A stretch of DNA of 61,272 bases, counting the filler, from Sphacelaria rigidula (Eukaryota), in the NCBI GenBank assembly GCA_964200075.2. It is 10 parts of 10 records of this genome, joined end to end, with 100 filler letters (N's around TTAATTAATTAA, not from the genome) between each part and the next. Parts side by side here need not be neighbours in the genome. Positions count along the whole stretch, not along the records: positions 12,277 to 18,314 come from CAXNAA020022640.1; positions 18,415 to 24,451 come from CAXNAA020022641.1; 8 more parts are not named here. One strand, 5' to 3'. Made by a program: the position numbers and the translations under genes. Under the pieces are notes generated by a model. It was not told the DNA's origin, did no database searches, and saw only the letters and a program-made list of their open reading frames with translations. Below are positions 12,386-23,705 of this stretch, piece by piece (position 1 is the first letter of the stretch; each line of letters starts with the position of its first letter).

Positions 12386-13633
12386 CTACCGGCAGTTGTT
12401 TGGGCATGTCAGAGGAGTCATGAGGGGGGATGCGCGGCTTGCATCGTAGCATCGAGACGCGAGTTTTGGTTTCAAACCAGGTTCATCCGTGGGAAAATCT
12501 AAATACAAAATTTTCGCTCCCACCGGACTCTTGTCGGGTGCGGTAGCGCTCGGACCAACAGCTAAAATTTCCCAAGGACCGGTCCAATTCAAGGATAGTT
12601 TCGCCTTCGACACTTTGCCCAAAGCTGATGATTTCGAGCTAGCCCCTTGATTGATGGTCTTCACATCGTGATACATCCATGCCCATTGGCCTACCTTCCA
12701 CACCGGGCGGTTATGCACTACATCATCCAACGTCGAGTTCGCCCTGGCCACCTTGGCCAAATTGATTTGGTTCTGTTCTCGTACCACTTGATATGCAAGA
12801 CGGAGACAATTGCTAACCGACAAATGATACTCTGCAACATCACAATCCATACTCTGATGTCCGCCTGTATTCTTGCGTTCGGATACCGTTAAAGGTAACC
12901 TAGGCATGCGTCCAATATGAATTTCATTCGGCGACAATCCCGTAGCGGCATTGACTGAGTTGTTGTAGTTCATCTGGACAAGGGGGAGGTGCAGATCCCA
13001 GTCCACCTGTCTCTCATTTGCTCCAGCAGCAATCATCTGTTCCATCGTATGGTTCACTCGTTCCGATCCACCATTGGTGGAAGGGTGATATGAACTAGTA
13101 AAAATGCAATGGGCACCCATAAGGTCACTAAGGGCGGCAGAAAGTTTGCCTGAAAAATGCGGGCCGTTGTCAGACAGTAAGCGTTTGGATACACCCCACA
13201 GTGGGATGTACATGTAGACAAGAATGTTGGCGGTACCTTCCGCGGTATAACTACTGGGGGGGACGGCGTGCATCACCGCATGTCGACTTAATCTATCGGT
13301 AAACAACAAAATATACTTATTCCCACAATCCGTCAGGGGCAAAGGACCAAAATAGTCCCACGAAACTACTTCGCCGAGCCCGTTTGGGAGTGGCATGGAA
13401 AAAATCGGCCAACGAACTGTTTGACGAAAAGGTTTTCGCGCGTGACACAAAAGACAACGCCTCACCCACCAACGAAAACACTGATCCATACAAATCCACC
13501 AATAAAAACGTTCCAACATCTGGGAGGTCCCAATGGCGCCTAAATGAGTCGATGCCTGTGAATGGCATTCGTGTAGAACCCATGGGCGCAGTAGCATCGG
13601 GACGTAGATGCGGACGGGTTCATCACCCAGCAA
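12386..13633 (-). pseudogene. Gypsy integrase
   Basis: HHCC zinc finger (H..ASTHLG...CLLC), DDE core (SWDYFGP, LSDNGPHF, NGGSERVNHT), GPY/F-like WTGPW. Frameshifted near the C-terminus. Confidence 0.95.
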
Positions 13634-14589
13634 GCGGGCATGTCGACTTGTAGGCTCCCCCCTGGGGAGGTGCTGTGGGCCGGCGAACTAACAGAACTAT
13701 ACCATCATCATCCGTATGTAGCATACCTTTCCTTGAAAGTTCAGTAACTTCATCCTGTCTGGGCGCTTTGAGATTCCCGGCTGGCAAAAGGAATTCAGTT
13801 TCTGAGAATGGACATGGACAACCTTTAGATAGATAATGGATAGCTAATTTACAAGCAGGTTTTGCCTCTTGTTCCCGGGCGCAATCGGCGGGGGACAAGA
13901 GAGTCAAACATTCCTTGAGTACACCATCCGTTAAAGCATCGACTTCGTGTGGGGTCGGTTCGGGGCGGGGTCGGCATGAAGCGGTGATTTCGGAATCAAG
14001 GGTGAGCCTACCAGGTGGTGTACTATCAGACGGAACGTTAACGTCTACTCCTGCGTCGATTAGCGTGGAGGGTGTTGTGGTGGTGTTTGCAATATCATCA
14101 CCACTGGAGGAGGGCACAGCCGTGGTTTCGGCTGTGGTTGGCAGTGGTGGCACGGTTGGGGTCGATTGTCTGGGGGCCTTGCCTCGCGGAGGCTGCGGGG
14201 CGCAAGGAAACTATCGGGGACCGGGGTGGGGGCAGGGAGGGGAAGGTCAGGACCAGATACGGCTAATTTGGTGGCCGTTTCGGCGATCCGCCGTCCACGA
14301 GTCCTACTCGAAATCAAGTCTCGAACTTGAACTGGTAGGACGGAGTCAGCAAAGGACGGTTCTACACTTGCTGCGAAAACCATGCGCTGGCCAGTCGCAC
14401 GAAAATGATCATAGCCAACCGAATTCGTAGACAGTCCATTCCAAACTGAATACAACGATTGAGGTTGCAAGTTGCCTACGACTGATACGTGGGCTGTGGT
14501 CGTCAGCCCACCCATGCCTAAAGCCGGCGTTTCTCTCAGTGAAAGCGGTGTGAAAAAAACGTCTATGTCCATTCCTGCTTATGAAATAT

Positions 14590-16000
14590 ACATTGTCTTC
14601 GGTGGGATCGGTGATACGTCCCATGGCGGATTCATCGATAGGTTGAGCTGGTGTGGGCAAGCGTGACAGAAAGTCGGCGTTTGCGCTCTGGGGCCCTGTG
14701 CGGTACTTCAGTTGTAAGTTGTAAGACGACAGGATTTTGAACCAGCGTTGGACCCTAGGGTTGTGTTCCGCCATTTTGGCAAGGCTTTCCAAAGACTTGT
14801 GATATGTATAAATAAAAAATGAGATGTCATACAAATACTGACGCAGACGTCGCACGCCCCAAAGAACTGCGCCGGACTCTTGTTCCATGACAGACCAATT
14901 CTGTTCATTCGGAAAAGTGGTGCGACTCAGATAGACAATGGGACGAACAGTAGCATCGACTTGCTCCTGTTCTAATGTGCAGCCAAACCCGATTTTGGAA
15001 GAATCTGTGTGGAGCCGAAAAGGGCGGGATCCCTGCTCTGCGGCCGACCAGTCGGGGAAGACGAGAATCGGCGGGCGCGAAAGGGTGTCAAGGAGGCGGC
15101 GGACGGTTTTTTCCATTTCCAATGTGAACACAAATTTCACCCCTTTTTTTGAGGAGGGTGGTCAGGGGTTTTAGCGTTGGGGCAAGGTTTGGCAAGTACT
15201 GTCTGTAGTAGCTTAGACCTCCCAACAAGTAACGCAGTTGAGAAATGTCCCGTGACACGGGCATATCGGAGAGTGCGGCGACCTTGTCGAGGTTTGGGCT
15301 ACGACCTTCGGGGGTGATGCAATGACCCAAGAACTCAATCTTCGTGGCGTCAATGCGGGATTTGGAGGGTGCGAGTTTCAAGTTGTGTTGTTCAAACCGA
15401 TTGAAGTGATGCCAACTGTCCGACGTGTTCGGCCGGTGTGGAGTCGTGGTACACCGCATCATCAAGGTACATATGTCATTTGGGCAATCCATCAGTTACA
15501 CGGAATATCACACGTTGAAACGCACCTGGAGCTCCGGCGGCACCTTCTGGTGTAACCAACCACTCGTACAAACCTGATGGCGTGCAAAACGCTGTCAGTT
15601 CAATGGAATTCGGATGCATCACCAGCTGGTGGTAGCCGGACTGCATGTAAAAGTCCGAAAATACCTTACACCCGCCAAGAGAGTCAATAATTTCATCAAT
15701 CCGTGGAAGTGGCAGCCGGGCGATTTTGGTGACAGCCTTTTTAATCGTTGATAATTGACCGTCAGTCTGATTTTGCCATTCTTCTTACGGACGACTACTA
15801 AAGGCGAGGCCCACGGAGACGTCGAGTGCCGAATCAAACCGGCAGATAAGTAACCATCGAGAATTACCTGGATCTTATCCGCTAAGAGGGGGTTCGTACG
15901 GTACGGACGCATAGCGATAGGAGGAGTGCCATCAGGAATCTTGATCTTAAACGGTGTCGTGGTACATCGAACTAAATCCAAGGGTGCAGTAGAAAACCGT
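14590..16000 (-). pseudogene. Gypsy reverse transcriptase-RNase H (frameshifted)
   Basis: Motifs are spread over ORF-track frames 15619..16515, 15088..15492 and 14409..15140. Confidence 0.95.
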
Positions 16001-16696
16001 TCAGAGTATCTAATCAAGATGGATCTCAATCTATCGATTACAGTGGGTGTCCAACTATCGCCAGATAGAAAAAAAACAATATGCCGCAAGTGAGGGGGAA
16101 TGTCATCCCACATTTTTTGAAAACTGGCGCGTTGTTCTGGAGAAAATCTATCCAGTAATGCAGTTGGGGGTGGAGGGTCAGGCGCATCCGGTGGATTTGT
16201 CACCACCATGGGGTCAGACATGTGTAGCGGAGGGGGGCCCGTGGATTTCGGAGGATCGGTCGGCGAGTTATTGTTCGCCGGGGGGCACACATCTGACAGG
16301 GCGGTTCGTATGAGAGGCGCTTGAGCATAACCCAACAACTGATCGTTGAATATATCGAAACATGCAGGGGACGTGAGGTAAATGGCCTGCCTACCTTCGC
16401 GGACAAAGACTTTGGTCTGTTCAAACGGACCAACCTGTGCTTGGTCAGGTTTGAGCAACTTGACCAAATAATGTCCTGTGAAGGAGGGCGATCCATTGCG
16501 TCTCACGAGGTTCACTTGTATTAATTGGGGTTCACCAGAAAGCGAGGTTACCGGTTCACGAACATGGTATAGACGGAAAGCATTACCTGTTTTCGTGGGA
16601 TCATCCTCATAAGCATGAGCTCCTCAATCAGTGTCCAAGTGACCCAGAGACAGTTTGCCTGTTACTGGACGGTTCAGGACAGGTGTGTCCGTCATA

Positions 16697-17715
16697 CTTC
16701 CTCTGTCCCATAAGTAAAGTCCGTTATGAGGGAAAGATCGTATATCGCCAATGGAGTTGCCCACGATGCTATGGTTAGGTTTTTTGAAAAGCTGTTGACA
16801 TGGTGATGCTCGTTGAACAAAAACACAAAAATCTGAATCGAAATTACTGAGAATTAATGCGTCAAAAAGTGGGCATTTTGGCGGGAATTTGAGATTATTT
16901 TCAGATTTTGTTTTGAGAATTATATTGAGAATTTCTGCTTTTCTGGGCAATTGAACGCCCATTACCCCCACAACCACGATGGAGACCCCCCCCCAAACGT
17001 AAGCGGGGCGCAGATGTATCGTTGGGCCGCCGGTATGCAATGGCGGTGGAGATAGCGATGGCCATTCCCCCAGGAAATTCGAGGGTGCCCAAGGGCGTTC
17101 TAGGCCCCATGGCGTAGCTAGTCACGCAGCCTGCACAGTCGCCTGACTTGAGCGTCAACGACTTGAGCTTCTTCGCATCTCTTGAGTCGAGGGTATGGGG
17201 GATGAATGCAAGTTCGATAGGCGAGTTGGTGGAGACTATTCTCAAGCAGCACGAGGAGTACGACGGTGACACGTTGAAGCGGGTTTGGCAGCGCCTCTTT
17301 AAGGTTTACAACCAAACACTACGTGAGATGGGCGACAACGACTTTAGTGTGGAACATTCCGGGGTGAGGGTGCGGCAGAGGGCAGGAACGTTAGAAAGGG
17401 TGGTAAAATACGATAAGGATGCCTTCACGAAGGCCTGGGACTACCTAGCGGCAAGCCCTAGCAACGACGAGGGCGGGTAACATTTTGTTTTTATACTTTT
17501 TTGCCCCTGCAAAAGGGCCTAAATATGGCCTTTTTTGGGCCGACTACTTTTTTTTCGGACGGTCGCGTGAGCCGGGGAGTGCGTAGAAAAACAAAACAAA
17601 AACGAGGTTCAACCCAAAAAACATCAAAGATTTCAAAAAAATTATCGCCTGCGACATCGGACACGGCTAAGGGTCCGTGTGATTATAACGGACTTCACTT
17701 ATGGGACAGAGGAAG
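16697..17715 (+). mobile_element. Internally deleted Tc1/mariner (plant-type DD39D-like) element, 1019 bp
   Basis: 31-bp TIRs CTTCCTCTGTCCCATAAGT(A/G)AAGTCCGTTAT (16697-16727, 17685-17715), TA TSD on both sides. Transposase N-terminus (MET-PP-KRKRG, from 16979, homopolymer frameshift) runs via one stop into the C-terminus QPAQSPDLSVNDLSFFASL...GDNDFSVEH (stop 17480). Confidence 0.95.
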
Positions 17716-17800
17716 TATACGTATGTGTGGAAAAACGAAGCCAACTATCTCGACCCAACTAAACATCAAAAGACATGGAACCGTCGGATACTATTAGTGC

Positions 17801-18187
17801 TCATACGGACAACCGAGCAGTGGGAGTAGTATCCTGGTAGAATTGTATACTTAGTCTCACCGATTGATTGACCGTAAGAGATGTGGAGGAACCAAACCTA
17901 CCAAAAACGCGAGGGCGCACGGTGGACAGACAATGCTTGTCCGCCGCGCCCGCGTTGATCATCTGTTGCCAGCAGCTGGCGGTGATGAACGTTTGAGGCG
18001 AACCAGAGTCTGGTAGTGCAAGAGCTATCAAATGACAGTTTGCACGCGCTCCACTATGTAAACCTATCTTGGTCGTAAAAGAAGCATCATCCACAGTTGC
18101 AATACCACTCACGAGATCGGGCCCGAATCCGGGTATGACATGCGACACACCCTGCTTCGCGTTTTGAACATAGGTGCTAAAATACAC
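17801..18187 (-). pseudogene. Gypsy aspartic protease region
   Basis: ALPDSGSPQTFI (D-S-G catalytic motif), upstream of RT on the same strand. Confidence 0.85.
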
Positions 18188-18783
18188 CCGTTTATGATCC
18201 TGTGGGACAAGCTGTTGGTCGGAAGGATGGTGCGTGCATGGAGCGTCAGTGTTTGTGCCTGGAATATTTGTCTCATCAGTCGAGGGTTGAATCTCATATA
18301 CTGCAACGGAGGGGNNNNNNNNNNNNNNNNNNNNNNNNNNNNNNNNNNNNNNNNNNNNTTAATTAATTAANNNNNNNNNNNNNNNNNNNNNNNNNNNNNN
18401 NNNNNNNNNNNNNNAGTGTGGGGAAAGCACTGTTTTGGGCTTGGGCCTCATCTCGAAGTTAAACCTCAATTCGCACAATTTGTTGTTCTTTGTTTGACGG
18501 AAACCCGGTCGACGTTGGAGGAAGAGCCGCCGCATGCCCGTCATGTTGAGCCAAAAACGTGCTGTTACTGATCCTGATGTGCGGGTGTTTTCGGCGCGCG
18601 TCTGACTCAAATTTCCAACTTTCTTGTTTTTTGTTTCTCATTGATTTTTGGGAAGAAAAAAATGACCGAATTCAAGCTCAACGAACTCACCTGGCCAGCA
18701 GCTACGCCTCGAATTGTATGTGTTTCGCTCGCGGGGGCGGTGGGGTCCTCGGTTTCATGTGCTTGACTGTGTATAGCACTTTA

Positions 18784-19049
18784 CAAGGGTACGTCGAACA
18801 CAGTATATACTTTTGAGTACTCGAGTAGATTACTCGAGTATTTTCTCTACTCGATGTTTGAGTAAGTCAAGTACGGCCTTACCTACTCTACTCAAACTTC
18901 GAGTAGATTGAGTATGATCTCAGACACTCTACTCGAATAATTGAGTAGGTTGAGTACGACCTCAAATACTCTACTCAATCTTAGAGTACTAGAAGTACGA
19001 CTCTTTGAAAATACTGAGTATGGAGGATACTCTACTCAACCTACCCTTG
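18784..19049. mobile_element. hAT-like MITE built from TACTC/GAGTA palindromic motifs
   Basis: Imperfect 23-bp TIRs CAAGGGTA... / ...TACCCTTG. Flanks cacttta / cactttt suggest a degenerate 7-8-bp TSD. More than ten internal TACTC and GAGTA motifs. Confidence 0.65.
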
Positions 19050-19681
19050 CACTTTTGCATATGACTCTAGGCTTTCCACGCTTACGTTATCCTTCGAGCA
19101 AAGTGATTATCGCTTCGCGCAAGCCGAGGTAAGGAACTCCATCACGAGAAATCGTAGTCATAATCTGTTTGGGCGAACCTATTTTTCATGGCCTACTTGG
19201 GGGTGGCGGGCGGGGGGGAGGGGGTCGTATCGCACGGACCGATCACGTGCGGGAAAATTAAGAATATATGAACAGATTTTCCTGACTCGGTAAGACACGG
19301 CCTTCAGGTGAAGAGAATTGTTCTGGATGATATGCGAAGAAACCCCACGTGACATGGCTGAGGTGGGGTCATGGTGGATAATGGGTAGAGCTACCCTCGT
19401 TTGCCATACAACCTGCGTTCGTCACAGAAATCCCAACCATCTCTTGGTATTTGCCCGAGGGTTTTTTGTTCCTCCTTTTCTGAAAAATCGAAAACTGACG
19501 AAGTTATTGAGAAAGAAATGGATCTGGAAGGTAATTTTGTTCGCTTTTTCAAGCGATAACCAACCTGTTAGTTTTTGAAACAGAGTGCGGCAAACGCTTC
19601 CTCGTGATACCCCGCGGGGATCGCTTCCTTTTTTAAGAAAAGGGAGATATCGTGCATTTTGTTCTGCCCCCCGGTGAAACA

Positions 19682-20246
19682 ATATGAGCGCCAGAATGTT
19701 GGAGGTGTCTCTATTAGGAGTAGGAACTGTCATAAAGAGGGAGTAGCTGATGCAGTGGCTGGGGTCTCTCAGTATGAGTGCCAGGAGATACCATGGTGCC
19801 AACCCACCAAGCTCCCACGTGGGCAAACTCACACAGACCTAGCTATCCTTCCTTGACTTATCACAAGTAGACTCATTCATGTTTAGACGCTTGATAAGGA
19901 ACTCACGTGTTTGCTTAGCATCATGTTTTATCTACAAGCCTCTCTTCCTCAGTACAGCCGCAGGGCAGCCATAGGAGCAGAGCGTAGTGATGGCCCAGGG
20001 TAGACCACGGCAAGGGCAGCAACTGATCAAGATGGGGTAAGGCGGCCTGCGGCCGCGGATAAACAACCCTAACTAATGACAGTAGCAAACGCGATAGCAA
20101 CGCGTCACGGAATCCAGGGTCTACGAGCAGACCCGCACAGAGTATATCTTGCAATGCCTCTGAGCTTAATCACAGAACGGTGCTCCGTCTGGAAAGGGAT
20201 GCTTGGTCAATGGTCAAACGACTAAGGCAAGCAACACATGAGAACG
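19682..20246 (+). mobile_element. 5'-truncated LINE 3' end with 13-bp TSD, split by a solo LTR
   Basis: TSD CCCCGGTGAAACA at 19669-19681 and 20247-20259. Body matches the LINE 3' consensus (tgagcgcc...ggagtaggaac|ggtgctccgtc...atgagaacg). Confidence 0.9.
19728..20174. mobile_element. Solo LTR, 447 bp
   Basis: TGTCAT...ATCACA termini and 4-bp TSD GAAC (19724-19727, 20175-20178). Removing it restores the LINE consensus GGAGTAGGAACGGTGCTCCG. Confidence 0.88.
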
Positions 20247-20286
20247 CCCCGGTGAAACACCGCCCTTCTGCCCCTAACATACATCC

Positions 20287-20291
<5 letters not shown>

Positions 20292-20348
<57 letters not shown>
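20292..20348 (+). repeat. (CA)n microsatellite
   Basis: About 28 perfect CA units. Confidence 0.97.
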
Positions 20349-20349
<1 letters not shown>

Positions 20350-23166
20350 AGTGCTGCTGTGAGTGACTAAACGCACATTATGCTGGGCCCACACAATACT
20401 ACAAGCAAGGAAAAGGGCACGCAAGAGGACGGGGTTACCCAACATTGGCAGAAACTGCCATTTCGGCATAATTTTGACGCAAGGTGTTGCATTGTCCTCT
20501 CCTTCCACCCGAAAAACAAACAAAGAAAATGTCCCTCCGCTCCCGATGTAGCTGGACGCCACCGTCACGACTGTTGTTGTTTCACATTTTCAATTCGTTT
20601 CTTTTTCGGAAGTGCTGACAAGAAATCACAATGGGAAAAATTGTCTTACACGAACCATACGTATTTTGCCGCTTCCCCGAACGTGCACAGGGGGAATAGG
20701 ATCCGAGAAATCGACATCACGCTAAAGTACATCACGGCAGTTGTTACACAGCCTTCGGCCGTGTGCTTTTGAATCAGACCGCGTGGATTGCTTCCATGCA
20801 CATCGTACCTTGCAGTCGGCACAACTGTCTGCACAGTACATTACGAACAAGTACGTTGTACACGATTCTGGTGACGAGTGTGAGATAGATTTAATATGCA
20901 GATCCGATGCTTGTGTGCTTGATATTCGCCATGAGATTGGCAGATGAACAGATTTTGAATGGCCTGAATCCGTACTGTTTTCTGCACCGCACCTTTTGGA
21001 ACCCCAATGACAACCTTCTGGCAAAATTTCCAGGCCTTCACCCTCACCGCTGGTACCCCAGTGTTATTCATGCCATCGTCCCAGCGCCAGTTGGACTCAT
21101 TTCCTGCAGGGCCGTGCAGGTGAAGTTGTGCTTGTCAATGCAAGGTAGATGACGAAAACGTTTTGCTGGCGATGATCGATTTCGCTGTCGTGGCACTGTG
21201 GCTTGTTGGTCGAGAGGAAACAAGGAGAAACGGCGAGGGCGAGAGCTTCCCACACAATGAAAATGAAGAACAAATACTAGGAAATCCCGCATTAGACTGA
21301 GAAGAAGAACGAGTCCCGAGAATGCCAGTTTTCACTGAATAAGTATCATAGTTAGCTCTCTCTCTCTCTCGTTTACGTCGAACTTTTTGCGATACTAACA
21401 ATTTTATCGAGTCCTCCCCGCCCGTAAACAATCACACACGACGGGCAGAAAGATCTTGGTGTATGACAGACACGAAACTGATGCAAGCGCTGCAGGCGGG
21501 GAAGCACCGTACTGTTTTTCTGTTGATAGACAGATGAGTCGATAGATGGTCGAAAATTTGACTGCTCCGCTACAAATCCACTTAGGGTCAGAAGATGGGT
21601 GTACCCTAGATATTTGGAGGAAGGAAATAAACAAGAACTCCACGCTAAGTTTTAGCACCGGTCCGAGAACCCCCCCCGAGAGACCTGTGTTAGGACTTGG
21701 GGCAAACGGGCTTACCCAAAAGCAAGTCGTGGGAGCCGGTTTTGTCTCAGCAATCTGGGCATTGCACTGTTCCGACAAGAACGCTCACCCGCCAGCTCTG
21801 CATGACCGAGACTGCAGCACTGATTGGGCTTGACGAGAAAGAGAAAGATGACCTAGAAACAAAGCACGAGAGGGGGAGGAAACATGTAGGAAACATGGCC
21901 AGAGTTGCGAGCCAAGGAGAGGCGTCAACGCCTGATAGGAGAAGGCAGGCGTATCAGTTCCCGTATTATCCCTCGCCAACAGGCTGAGGGAGGAGAGCGG
22001 AAATATATGGTGAATCAGGGCTCAAATCATAATCTCGCGGGGACGGGTGGTTGGTGCAGTCACAGCAGACTTCGTGTGAGAAGCTGGCTTGTGTTTTATG
22101 TAGTCTTTCCAAACGTTGTGTGGTACACATTTCCCCTGTTACTGTCAAAACAAAAACTGTTGTACAAGATGGGTGGAAGCTTGTACCGTGGGGCTTGCGA
22201 TCAACGTTGTTTTGGTCATTTGGCGCAGACAGCAGTACGGAACTAGAGCTAGGCTAGCGCATTTTCCCCCATTACCGATTGATGTAAAGCGGGCCAGTCT
22301 CTCGACCATTTCCGTCTTGATCTTGTCGCACGCTATTGCTGCCACTGATGTGTAAGCGGTGGCGGCTCTCCTATCAGCGCAGGTTTTGGCGTCGCCACAC
22401 ATCCCCGAACTTCCCCGGCTCCGCCTCGATCGCTAGGCGGCAATCTCATCCCTTGTTGGTTGACTTTGGTGCTGTTCCTCCTCGCAGGTCGGTGACTGTA
22501 CACACACTCACCCCCGGGTGTCCCGGTCGTGATGCAGCAGCAGAGCAACTTGGATGAGCCATGGCGGCAATCGATGTTCAACGCCAGGGGTCAGCGGGAA
22601 TAAGCCATGCGAAGATCGTCACTCGCTGTACAGAGCCTACTCACGATGGGTTTGAAAGCTGTGAAACTCTTGGACGTGCTCTGGAGTTTGTCCCTTCCGC
22701 GCGACTTTGTTCGCGATCCATTTCGTGATAAAGTAGGGGGATAGAGGGGGTGAAATCGTGTGTTTAAGTGTGGTGAATTAGTTACGATACCGTGCTTTTT
22801 TTATGGTTCGACCCCCACGCTTGCCCTGGGCAAAGCGTTCCGAACGCACGGGGCTGCGTACCCCACATGACTGCCGCGAGGCGGTCTAGCCGGCCCCCCG
22901 GATAATCGGCACACGAACCCGCTTGCGGGGGAAGTGTTGGTTTCCTCCTTTCTTCAAGGGGGACGAAAAAAGGAAGTGTGAAGGACGCTCTCCAGCCTGC
23001 TCTCAGCACTGGAGTATCTTCGCATTAGTCTCCAGTTTCGTCAGGGGATCTCACGCCTTCTTATGTTCACTGCCCTTGTGTAGTGGCAGTCTATGTGTGT
23101 CCGAATGGCACGCCGTATAGAGCTCGTGGTGCATTCGAGTCCATCGGATGAGTCGATGCGTTGTAA

Positions 23167-23705
23167 GTGGGTATATGGACTAGACTTAATGTCCCCAGCT
23201 TTTCCATCGCCAACTGTGTGGAGACACACGACGCGCCGCGTTTGTGCAGCGAGGTGTCGGGCGTGTGGCTTGCATCGATTCGAATCGATATCGGTCGCCT
23301 GTTTTGAGCACTGTTTCAAGTGCTTTGGCAACAAGGTGCACGACGTGACGCCGACGCGGTTCGAGGCGGGGAAGAGTACATGCATCGAGGTACTTGTGCG
23401 TTACGGGATCTCTGAGGTACAGGGACGGGAATGTGTGTTGCGTTTCGGGAGCATTTAGGGTACCAGGTTATGGGGAGATGTTGCTTCTCGAGCGTTGTGG
23501 GTGCATAGACTAGACTTGATGTCCCTTGCTTTTCCATCGCCGCCAACTGTGTGGAGACACACGACGCGCCGCGTTTGTGCAACGAGGTGTTGGGCATGTG
23601 GCTTGCATCGATTTGATTCGATGTCGGTCGCCTGTTTTGAGCACCGTTTCGAGTGCTTTGGCAACAGGGTGCACGACGCTACGCCGACGCGGTCCGAGGC
23701 GGGGA
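23167..23705 (+). repeat. ~205-bp direct duplication (23167-23372 and 23497-23705)
   Basis: Both copies run gactagactt...ccaactgtgtggagacacacgacgcgccgcgtttgtgca...gaggcgggga, with scattered substitutions and one 3-bp indel. Confidence 0.92.

Larger units (their letters stand above)
12349..18314 (-). mobile_element. Decayed Ty3/Gypsy LTR retrotransposon pol region (PR-RT-RH-INT), interrupted by a mariner
   Basis: Protease ALPDSGSPQTFI (~18000); RT PYRTNP...SPWASPLVVVRKKNGKIRLTVNY and MYLDD (~15460); KIEFLGH; RNase H FRLHTDSSKIGFG...NADFLSR; integrase downstream. Many frameshifts and stops. Confidence 0.97.

Noticed and set aside
20944..21119. Candidate exon (CAG...CAG|GTGAAG, open frame)
   Set aside because: No recognisable protein family or partner exon.
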